A stretch of DNA of 64,000 nt from a bacterium (GTDB taxonomy: Bacteria > Ratteibacteria > UBA8468 > B48-G9 > DSTR01): NCBI GenBank assembly GCA_029551285.1, contig JAKPFT010000087.1:168-64167 (forward strand), in the 5' to 3' direction. The translations under genes and the position numbers were made by a program. Position 1 is the stretch's first letter; the number at the start of each line of letters is the position of its first letter. Of the stretch, positions 10,061 to 17,740 are shown piece by piece. Below the pieces are notes generated by a model that was not told the DNA's origin, ran no database searches, and saw nothing but the letters and a program-made list of their open reading frames with translations.

Positions 10061-11041
10061 CTATATCTGTTCCGGGTTAACCGGCTTGTTCAGAACCGGT
10101 GTCATCAGTTCTGCGCTCCAGTCAAGAAAAAGTTTAGCCGCCGCAGGGTGTCTCATCACGACAATGTCGGCGCCGGCCAGCGTCAGCAAAGCTGCCGTGA
10201 TGGCCTCCATCATTATTCCCCTCGTTTTTTCATCACCCATGGCCGGGTTCTCGCTCCGGGGCAGGATGGCTTCCTTAGTTTTCCACACTTCTTTAGCCAG
10301 ATTACAGACCATGGGAAAACCTAACTTATCATCCTGTTGGATTAAGGCGGCGATGCGGTCCCTTTCCATTACGGAATAAGTGTACTCCAGCCCGTAACCA
10401 AGGCCGCCAGTGGTGGGGTCAATAATGATTTTGTTTTCGGGCACTCCCAGTTCCAGGAGAAGGATGTTTAACTGCTTGGCTAAATTGACATCAATCGGTG
10501 AGCTGGCGATGACTACCTGACGATAGGCGATGGCTGCTGCTCCTATGGCCTTATAGTTTTTCTCCTGGACCGGCCCTATGGCCACATTGCGACCAGCAGC
10601 GACTTCCGCGACTAACTTCAGAACTTCAGCATCCTTCTGGAGGTGGTCACAACCGAAAATTAGTAGCGGTACCTCCACTGTCTTCAGAACTGCTTCAACG
10701 GTTTTGACAGCTTCGGCCGCCGAACGGTTGGAACCCATGGGGTCAATACTGGCCAGGTGCAGCGCGATCGCTCTGGCCTGATACTTTTCTACATTTACTC
10801 TGGCCCAGGTGGCAGGGTCATTCAACGCTGATCCGTAAGGTACCAGACACGCTTCCGGCCAGTTCTCCGGAATTTCATCTCTGACTTCCATAGCGACCAG
10901 CGGTCCGCGGTGACCATCTCCGTCAAAGACGTGGTAATTAAAAGTTTTCTGACCGCCCGCCGTGACCGAGTTTTCACCAGTGCCCAGGGTGACTTCTCTT
11001 ATTTTTCCGGTGTAGGTCGGACCGGGAATTTGCAGGCTCAT
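10061..11041 (-). CDS. acsD: Corrinoid Fe-S protein small (delta) subunit
   Basis: SSPIDVNLAKQLN, IDPTTGGLGYGLEYTYSVMER and MRHP. Confidence 0.96.
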   Translation of the reverse strand: MSLQIPGPTYTGKIREVTLGTGENSVTAGGQKTFNYHVFDGDGHRGPLVAMEVRDEIPENWPEACLVPYGSALNDPATWARVNVEKYQARAIALHLASIDPMGSNRSAAEAVKTVEAVLKTVEVPLLIFGCDHLQKDAEVLKLVAEVAAGRNVAIGPVQEKNYKAIGAAAIAYRQVVIASSPIDVNLAKQLNILLLELGVPENKIIIDPTTGGLGYGLEYTYSVMERDRIAALIQQDDKLGFPMVCNLAKEVWKTKEAILPRSENPAMGDEKTRGIMMEAITAALLTLAGADIVVMRHPAAAKLFLDWSAELMTPVLNKPVNPEQI

Positions 11042-11076
11042 CTTTCCCCCAGATTTTTATGAATTTCTTTCCCGAA

Positions 11077-11238
11077 TTACTTACCGCTCTCGCTGCCGAA
11101 ACCTTCCCCGAACCAATACCGTTCAGCACTTTTCAGGTACCGAATCATCTCTTCTCTTTCCCGAAGATTCTTCAACCAGGCCAGCGGTTTCCTTGGTTTT
11201 CCTGGCTGGAAGCGCTGGTTGCTCTGTTCAGGTTTCAT
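11077..11238 (-). CDS. Small 53-aa hypothetical protein between cooC and acsD (below the ORF-track cutoff)
   Basis: Hand translation MKPEQSNQRFQPGKPRKPLAWLKNLREREEMIRYLKSAERYWFGEGFGSESGK*; GGAGG RBS upstream; overlaps the cooC stop and fills the gap. Confidence 0.65.
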   Translation of the reverse strand: MKPEQSNQRFQPGKPRKPLAWLKNLREREEMIRYLKSAERYWFGEGFGSESGK

Positions 11239-11986
11239 GGCTGTCCTCCATCCTGAAAAGAATTGTTTCCACCGCCCTCAGAAAATGAGGCGCTTTTTCA
11301 GAGAAAGGTTTCCCTGCGATTTCTGTCTCGCGAATGGTTTCCTCGTAGGGGAGAAATCCGAGAAGGTTCAAACCTTTCAACTTTTCCCGAAGAAAGTCCT
11401 CTTCGCTCTTACTTCTCACGAAGTTACCCACCACGCCAATCTTTTTGAGGCCAAGTTGCCGGGCCAGAGTATCAATCCGATAGGCTGTCTGAACGCTTTT
11501 TTCGCCCGGTTCGGTAAGGATGATGAGCCAGTCAATTCCCATGGTGGTACCCCGGCCCAGATGCTCAATTCCGGCTTCCATGTCAAGGATGACAAACTCC
11601 TCACGCCTCAGAATCAGATGCCGCAACAGGGCTTTCAAAAAGGCATTTTCCGGGCAGGTGCAACCTGAACCTGCTGCTCTGATGGTGCCCATCACTCCCA
11701 GGAGAAGGTTGCCCTGGCGAAGGAAATACTTTTCCGGGATGTCGTCTACGCGGGGGTTAAGTTTGAAAACAGGCGAGGTTTCACTTTCGGTTCGCTCCTG
11801 AATGAGCTCCTTCATCTCTGACAGCGGCACAACGCTACCCTCTAATCCAAGCGTCAGCTGAAGATTCATGGCCGGGTCAGCGTCAATCAAAATCACTCTG
11901 AAGCCACGACGCTGTAACACCCACGCTAAACCAGCGGTGAAGGTTGTCTTGCCAGTTCCACCCTTGCCGCTGACAGCAATTTTCAT
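11228..11986 (-). CDS. cooC: CODH/ACS nickel-insertion ATPase (CooC/AcsF)
   Basis: GKGGTGKT, DADP, GCTCP and DMEAGIEHLGRG. Confidence 0.93.
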   Translation of the reverse strand: MKIAVSGKGGTGKTTFTAGLAWVLQRRGFRVILIDADPAMNLQLTLGLEGSVVPLSEMKELIQERTESETSPVFKLNPRVDDIPEKYFLRQGNLLLGVMGTIRAAGSGCTCPENAFLKALLRHLILRREEFVILDMEAGIEHLGRGTTMGIDWLIILTEPGEKSVQTAYRIDTLARQLGLKKIGVVGNFVRSKSEEDFLREKLKGLNLLGFLPYEETIRETEIAGKPFSEKAPHFLRAVETILFRMEDSHET

Positions 11987-11993
11987 AGTTTAA

Positions 11994-12022
11994 AGTATAA
12001 AGGCTACCCCTGTCACTGTCAA
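11994..12022 (-). promoter_or_regulatory. sigma70 promoter of the acs operon (TTGACA-17-TATACT), leaderless
   Basis: Perfect -35 at 12017-12022, -10 at 11994-11999, 7 nt to the cooC ATG, no SD. Confidence 0.75.
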
Positions 12023-12037
12023 GAGGGATTGATTCAT

Positions 12038-12229
12038 CAGAAATTCCAACATAAGAAAAGTTGTTGAGGAGTATGTCTAACTTCGGGAAGATTTCTGCCC
12101 ACACGCCCTTGTCGGAGACAGGACTACGAACGCTGCCGCTTTGCCTGCTTGTCTTGTAACTGCGCCATGGGATAGCGTGTGGTGAAATCTTAGCTCGTTG
12201 ACACCCCGGATTTATGCCGGGATTTTAAG
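12038..12229 (+). repeat. MITE copy A (short, internally deleted form)
   Basis: 12088-12210 is identical (123 bp) to 13006-13128; homologous to 32307-32598 and 56017-56308. Confidence 0.85.
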
Positions 12230-12314
12230 GGCATTTCTCGCACGGTTCACTTCAGCGGGAAAACTTGCCACGGAGGGTGCGGTGCGGAAAGATAGCGATG
12301 TCTTACATGGTTTA

Positions 12315-12665
12315 TCAAACAATGAGAAGGGCCGTTTTCAGAGACCTTGCCACTTTCTCCATTATTTCTGCGGGAAGAGACCCAACCTTCTTCAGTAGAA
12401 TTGTCTCATGGACAACGGCTATCTTCTCGGTCTTTATAAAAGAGGGCCTCTTAAGCCCCGTTTGAGAAAATGTTGTAGTGTGTTCGCTGATCTCCACCCA
12501 GGTCTCACGCAATATTGCGCTTGCTGGCGCTCTTGAGAAAATCCCGATTACAATCACATCTTCCCCGTGAGTTACCCACACCAGCACGGGTCTGACTTTC
12601 TCAGAGGTGAAATCGGTAAAGGGGAATCGCACCAGCCAGATTTCTCCCCGTTCAGGTTTGGGCAT
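12315..12665 (-). CDS. PemK/MazF-family toxin
   Basis: RGEIWLVRFPFTD..KVRPVLV and TGLKRPSFIKTEKI; probable start MPKP at 12665 overlapping the antitoxin end. Confidence 0.88.
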   Translation of the reverse strand: MPKPERGEIWLVRFPFTDFTSEKVRPVLVWVTHGEDVIVIGIFSRAPASAILRETWVEISEHTTTFSQTGLKRPSFIKTEKIAVVHETILLKKVGSLPAEIMEKVARSLKTALLIV

Positions 12666-12855
12666 CGTAGATATCATCCTCTTCCAGCCACTCTTTGAAA
12701 CCTGTTTCAGCAACGGTCATCATGGCAGCAGTCTCAGCTCTCTTTTCTAAGGCCTCGGTGATAGCAAGAATCTCTCTGGGAGGCAGTTGAAGAATCATCT
12801 CAAAAACCATCTTCCTGATTTCTTCAGTACTCATGTTCAGGATAACTTTAGCCAT
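12652..12855 (-). CDS. Putative antitoxin
   Basis: 67 aa with acidic C-terminus (EWLEEDDIY), GGAGGT RBS, overlapping the toxin gene. Confidence 0.75.
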   Translation of the reverse strand: MAKVILNMSTEEIRKMVFEMILQLPPREILAITEALEKRAETAAMMTVAETGFKEWLEEDDIYDAQT

Positions 12856-12956
12856 TTACCACCTCCGTGATAGTCTTATGGCCGTTTCCAGCACGTTTTT
12901 GTGTACCGCTCCATTATACCACTGGCAATGCGATTATAAAACCTGATGAACGCCAG

Positions 12957-13147
12957 GTTAAAATCCGACATAAAAAAGGCAGTGAAAAATGTATTTAACT
13001 TCAGAAAGATTTCTGCCCACACGCCCTTGTCGGAGACAGGACTACGAACGCTGCCGCTTTGCCTGCTTGTCTTGTAACTGCGCCATGGGATAGCGTGTGG
13101 TGAAATCTTAGCTCGTTGACACCCCGGACCTTATATCAGAATTTCAG
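12957..13147 (+). repeat. MITE copy B (short form)
   Basis: Direct repeat of copy A with an identical 123-bp core. Confidence 0.85.
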
Positions 13148-13153
13148 GATTCA

Positions 13154-13162
13154 TGATAGAAT
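13154..13162 (+). promoter_or_regulatory. Extended -10 promoter (TGaTAGAAT), leaderless
   Basis: Ends 6 nt before ATG 13169; no SD. Confidence 0.55.
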
Positions 13163-13168
13163 ACTGGT

Positions 13169-14269
13169 ATGGCACAGGGGAAAAGGGTACCGGCGGTTTT
13201 CATCGCAGCTACCCGGCAGAACGACGGAAAGACCGTCTTAAGTTTAGGGCTGGTTCTGGCGCTCCAGAAAAAGTATCACCAGGTTGGTTTTATCAAACCG
13301 GTTGGCCAGAAGTACGTCGTGGTAGAAGGACAGAAGGTGGATAAAGACGCGCTGCTGATGAAGCAGGTTTGTTCTCTTAAGGAAAACCTGAAAGATATCA
13401 ATCCCATTGCTGTGGAGGAAGGTTTTACCAGACGGTACTTAGAAAGACCGCATGTTCACGGCCTGATGCAGCAGATTAAGGAAAGTTACATCCGGGTGGC
13501 AGAGGGAAAAGATGTTATCGTGATTGAGGGTACCGGACACGGAGGAGTGGGGACAGTCTTTGATCTGAGCAACGCGGCAGTGGCCAGGCTTCTGGAAGTA
13601 CCGGTGGTTTTAATTTCTATCGGGGGAATTGGCCGGCCGATTGACGAGATCGCCCTGAACAGGGTCTTTTTTGCTAACTATGGAGTAAGTTTGAAAGGTG
13701 CCCTGATCAACAAGGTACTGCCTGAGAAAAAGAGCCTGGTAGAAAAATATGTTTCTATCGGACTGACCCGGCAGCAACTTTCTCTGCTGGGAGTTATTCC
13801 TTATGTGCCGGTGCTGGCTCATCCGACAGTCGGACAGGTTTTTGAAACCGTTAAGGGCAAATTGTTGGTTGGGGGAGAAAGGATGCGGCAGCAGGTGCTG
13901 AATGTTCTGGTGGGGGCGATGACCCCCCGGCACGCTCTGGATTATTTCCGTCCCGGTTCCCTGCTTATTACTCCGGGAGACCGGGAAGATATCATTCTGG
14001 CAGCGCTGTCACATTCATCCACGATGAGCACTGGTTCCCCGATGATTTCTGGAATTGTTCTTACCGGTGGGTTGGCACCTCACAAGACTATTCTGGAACT
14101 TCTGGTGAGGAGTAATCTTCCTACACTGCTGTCTACAGAAGGAACCTACGAGGTGGCCTCAATGGTTCATTCCATGGAGGTGAAAGTGAGGGCGGAAGAT
14201 ACAGAAAAAGTTGAAATTGCCAGGCGGCTGGTGGCGGAAAACGTTCGGGTGGAGGAACTTTTCAACTGA
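13169..14269 (+). CDS. BioD-like P-loop + DRTGG domain protein (phosphotransacetylase N-terminal-like, no catalytic Pta domain)
   Basis: GKT P-loop, GFIKPVG, IEGTGH, ITPGDREDI and LTGG. Confidence 0.85.
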   Translation: MAQGKRVPAVFIAATRQNDGKTVLSLGLVLALQKKYHQVGFIKPVGQKYVVVEGQKVDKDALLMKQVCSLKENLKDINPIAVEEGFTRRYLERPHVHGLMQQIKESYIRVAEGKDVIVIEGTGHGGVGTVFDLSNAAVARLLEVPVVLISIGGIGRPIDEIALNRVFFANYGVSLKGALINKVLPEKKSLVEKYVSIGLTRQQLSLLGVIPYVPVLAHPTVGQVFETVKGKLLVGGERMRQQVLNVLVGAMTPRHALDYFRPGSLLITPGDREDIILAALSHSSTMSTGSPMISGIVLTGGLAPHKTILELLVRSNLPTLLSTEGTYEVASMVHSMEVKVRAEDTEKVEIARRLVAENVRVEELFN

Positions 14270-16167
14270 TGAAACAGGTCAGCCTAACCTTTTATCCAGA
14301 AGGGATTCGGATAACGGTCCCAGCCGGTACCGATCTTCTTACCGCAGCCTTGAAAGCAGGACTGGCGCTCAGTTCCTCCTGTGGCGGCAAAGGAGTGTGT
14401 GGTCGGTGCCGGGTAAAAATTAAAACCGGGGATGTTGAAAGCGAACCGACAGGGAAAATTTCTGCCGAAGACCGCAGAACCGGTATTTACCTGGCCTGTC
14501 GCACTCTGGTACGCGGGGATACTGAGGTAGAAATTCTTCCTCAGACCAGGGTTTCCTTCAGGCCCGGGGTAGAAATTTTCCGCAGGGAAGAAGTAACCCC
14601 GGAAGCAAAAGGTTGTTTATTCTGGCTCTTTCCCCGGCACGCCCTGACCAGAAAATTTGTTGTTCCCATGGGAAAACTGGTGGCTCAACGGCCAGGGAGC
14701 GACTTCGGTAGAATTGAGTATTTCTTAAAGGAACAGGGTTCAGGAGAGATTTCGGTTAACCTTGCTACCCTACGCCGGTTACCGATGGTACTTCAGCAAA
14801 ACCGGGAACTCGTTACAGTGACTGTCGGTGAACGGCCGGGATTGACGGAAGTGATTCTGGTAGAACCTGGAGATACGAGCTTTTCTCATTACGGCGTGGC
14901 CGTAGATGTGGGCACAACGACCATTTCCGCCTGTCTGGTTAATCTTAACACCGGGCAGGTATTAGGAACTGAGATGGCTTTCAACCGGCAGGTCTCCTAC
15001 GGAGAAGATGTTATCACCCGGATGATGATGGCCGAAAAGGAGGCTGGTCTGGAGCAACTTCACCACGCCGTGGTGGAGACGATTAACGAACTAATCCGGA
15101 GTTTGACTCTTGGCTCCAGGGTGAATTTGACTGATATTACCGCGGTGGCCTGCTCCGGAAATATGACCATGATGCATCTTCTCTTAAAAATTAACCCTTC
15201 TTTTCTGCGGCGAGAACCGTATGAACCCAGCACCAACAATTTCCCGGTAATAGAAGCTGCCGAGGTGGGGATCAGGGTTAATCCTTCGGCGTTACTGGCC
15301 GCGGTGGGCGGAGTTTCTTCCTATGTAGGAGGGGACATCACTGCGGGGGTATTGACCCTGGGGCTGCTCAATAGTTCCTCTCTTTGTATGCTGTTAGACA
15401 TCGGGACCAACGGTGAAATGGTTCTGGGTAACAAAGACTGGTTGGTCTGCTGTTCCGCTTCCGCCGGACCGGCTTTTGAAGGCAGCGGCGTTCAGGATGG
15501 GATGAGAGCCATACCCGGCGCCATTGAGGAAGTGAGGATTCTTTCTGGCCCGGCCGGAGAACTGGTTGAAGTGGAAACCATTGCCGGCCATCCGCCCATA
15601 GGTATCTGCGGGTCAGGCTACATGTCTCTTTTAGCCGCTCTTTTTGAAAAAGGTATTATTGACCGCTCAGGTCACTTTACAGAAGTGAGCCAGAGGATGG
15701 TGGGACGCCGGGAAGAAAGAGGTTATCAGGTGGTGGCGGCAGAGGCATCCGGTCACGGCCGGCCGATTGTGATTACCCAGATTGACATTGAGAATCTGCT
15801 GCGGGCGAAAGCCGCTATTTACGCCGGGATGACCAGCCTGGTGCGACACGCTGGAATTTCCTTCCAGGATATAGATAGAATCTACATTGCGGGTGGCTTC
15901 GGCAGCAGAATCAATATTCGCAGTGCTATTAAAATTGGTCTGTTACCGGACCTGCCCGAAGAACGTTTCCAGTTTGTGGGCAACACTTCCCTTCAGGGGG
16001 CTTACTGGTTTTTGATGAGTAAGTCGGCCCGGGAGGCAAGCCGGGAGATAATCAACCGTATGACACCTGTAGAACTGTCGCTGGACCCTGAATATATGGA
16101 GGAGTACCTGCGAGCCCTTTTCATTCCTCACACTGATTTGAATCTGTTTCCCTCGGTAAGGAAATGA
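14269..16167 (+). CDS. acsV: Reductive activator of corrinoid protein (RACo/AcsV, ASKHA) with N-terminal 2Fe-2S domain
   Basis: CGGKGVCGRC, DVGTTT, GEDVITR, DIGTNGE, SAGPAFEG, GICGSG and AGGFG. Confidence 0.9.
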   Translation: MKQVSLTFYPEGIRITVPAGTDLLTAALKAGLALSSSCGGKGVCGRCRVKIKTGDVESEPTGKISAEDRRTGIYLACRTLVRGDTEVEILPQTRVSFRPGVEIFRREEVTPEAKGCLFWLFPRHALTRKFVVPMGKLVAQRPGSDFGRIEYFLKEQGSGEISVNLATLRRLPMVLQQNRELVTVTVGERPGLTEVILVEPGDTSFSHYGVAVDVGTTTISACLVNLNTGQVLGTEMAFNRQVSYGEDVITRMMMAEKEAGLEQLHHAVVETINELIRSLTLGSRVNLTDITAVACSGNMTMMHLLLKINPSFLRREPYEPSTNNFPVIEAAEVGIRVNPSALLAAVGGVSSYVGGDITAGVLTLGLLNSSSLCMLLDIGTNGEMVLGNKDWLVCCSASAGPAFEGSGVQDGMRAIPGAIEEVRILSGPAGELVEVETIAGHPPIGICGSGYMSLLAALFEKGIIDRSGHFTEVSQRMVGRREERGYQVVAAEASGHGRPIVITQIDIENLLRAKAAIYAGMTSLVRHAGISFQDIDRIYIAGGFGSRINIRSAIKIGLLPDLPEERFQFVGNTSLQGAYWFLMSKSAREASREIINRMTPVELSLDPEYMEEYLRALFIPHTDLNLFPSVRK

Positions 16168-16922
16168 TCACTGTTGGAGTTGCCGGCAAGGGTGGGACAG
16201 GCAAAACTACAGTCTGTGCCCTGACAATTGTGGCGCTGAAAAGAGCTGGCAAGAGACCTCTGCTGGCCGTTGACGCTGACCCCAGCAGCATGCTGTGTGA
16301 GGTGCTGGGAGTGCTGGCGCCCCCAAGTTTGGTCAGTCTGGTGGATGAGGTTGGTCGCTCTTTTGATAAACTGCCGCAGGGCATGGACAAGAGCAGATAC
16401 TTAGAGTACCGGATTCGCGAGGCGGTCAGTGAAAACAGGGATTTTGACGTCCTGCTGATGGGACGCACCGAGGGGCCAGGCTGCTACTGTTATGCCAATC
16501 ACCTGCTTCGCGATCATCTTGACCGGCTGGAGAAAAATTACCAGTTTGTGGTCATTGATAATGAGGCCGGACTGGAGCATCTTTCCCGGCGGACCACCAG
16601 ACAACTGGACCTTCTTCTTCTGACCACCATAACCAGCCGAACTTCCCTGCTAAGTGTGGAGCGAATCCTGGAGATGGTTAATGACAGGAATTTAGATATC
16701 CGGGTGGGGAAAGTCTGTCTTGTGGTGAACGAAATGGCAGGAAATTCTTTGCCTTCACTGGCAGAAAAGTTTTCTCTGCCTTCTTTCCGTCTGCCGGTTG
16801 ACAGGGAAATATTAACTCGCAGTGAAAAAGGCCAGGGGTTGATGGACCTTCCTGATGATTCTCCTGCTCTTGTCAGCATCAAAGATAATCTTCTACCGAT
16901 TCTAAACTCCCTGGTCAATTAG
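16164..16922 (+). CDS. cooC: Second CooC/AcsF-family ATPase
   Basis: GKGGTGKT, DADP, GPGCYCYAN and DNEAGLEHLSR. Confidence 0.9.
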   Translation: MITVGVAGKGGTGKTTVCALTIVALKRAGKRPLLAVDADPSSMLCEVLGVLAPPSLVSLVDEVGRSFDKLPQGMDKSRYLEYRIREAVSENRDFDVLLMGRTEGPGCYCYANHLLRDHLDRLEKNYQFVVIDNEAGLEHLSRRTTRQLDLLLLTTITSRTSLLSVERILEMVNDRNLDIRVGKVCLVVNEMAGNSLPSLAEKFSLPSFRLPVDREILTRSEKGQGLMDLPDDSPALVSIKDNLLPILNSLVN

Positions 16923-16948
16923 CCTCAAGATTAGCTTTACCAGAACCT

Positions 16949-17740
16949 ATGTCAAAAAAAATTACACTCGCCAGAAGAAAAGTCGTCTGCATTACAGGTG
17001 CGGCTGGAGGTATCGGTCAGGCCCTCTGTCAGGCTTTGGCCAGGCAGAAGTTTCTGGTGGTGGCCGTGGACAGGCTGCCCCGGCCGCAGGCCAGACATAT
17101 ACTGGAAACGCTGGTCGGCAGAGGACACCTTTATCTTTCCGCTGATATTGCCAGTTTTAGCGAGCGGGAAAGGGTAGTTGCTGAGATTCGCCGGAAAATC
17201 GGCCGGCTGGACCTCCTGGTAAATAATGCCGGCGTGGCTCCAGTCCGGAGGCTTGACCTTCTGGAGACGACCGAGGAAAGTTACGACCGGGTGATGACGA
17301 TTAACCTGAAGGGCACCTTTTTCCTTACCCAGGCTGTGGCTCGTTACATGGTGGAACTGGTGGAAAAAGGTGTTTCCTTACACCCTAAGATTATCAACAT
17401 TTCTTCTATCTCCGCGTACACTTCCTCGGTGAGCCGGCCGGAATACTGTCTTTCCAAGGCCGGCGTCAGCGTGATGACGAAACTTTTTGCTGACCGGCTG
17501 GCCGGCCACGGAATCTATGTTTACGAAGTCAGACCGGGCATTATTGAAACGCCGATGACTGCCGCGGTAAAAGAAAAGTATGACCGGCTCATCTTTCAGG
17601 AAAATCTTTTGCCCATCAAGCGCTGGGGAAAACCGGAGGATGTGGCGGCCGCGGTGGTAGCCATTGCCACCGGTTGCTTTGACTATTCCACCGGCTCTGT
17701 TTTTGAAGTTGATGGCGGTTTTCATCTGCGACGGCTGTGA
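16949..17740 (+). CDS. Short-chain dehydrogenase/reductase
   Basis: TGAAGGIG, NNAG and YCLSK. Confidence 0.9.
   Translation: MSKKITLARRKVVCITGAAGGIGQALCQALARQKFLVVAVDRLPRPQARHILETLVGRGHLYLSADIASFSERERVVAEIRRKIGRLDLLVNNAGVAPVRRLDLLETTEESYDRVMTINLKGTFFLTQAVARYMVELVEKGVSLHPKIINISSISAYTSSVSRPEYCLSKAGVSVMTKLFADRLAGHGIYVYEVRPGIIETPMTAAVKEKYDRLIFQENLLPIKRWGKPEDVAAAVVAIATGCFDYSTGSVFEVDGGFHLRRL

Larger units (their letters stand above)
12038..13147. mobile_element. Composite element: two short MITE copies bracketing a toxin-antitoxin module
   Basis: Flanked by the 7-bp direct repeat GATTCAT (12031-12037 and 13148-13154); outer ends CAGAAATTCCAACATAAG and CTTATATCAGAATTTCAG are imperfect inverted repeats. 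Confidence 0.8.

Noticed and set aside
12038..13147. Integron attC sites around a TA cassette (GTCTAAC...GTTGAC)
   Set aside because: Only one end fits the R-box consensus, there is no typical unpaired spacer, no integrase is in the window, and TIRs plus 7-bp duplications fit a DDE-mobilised MITE better.
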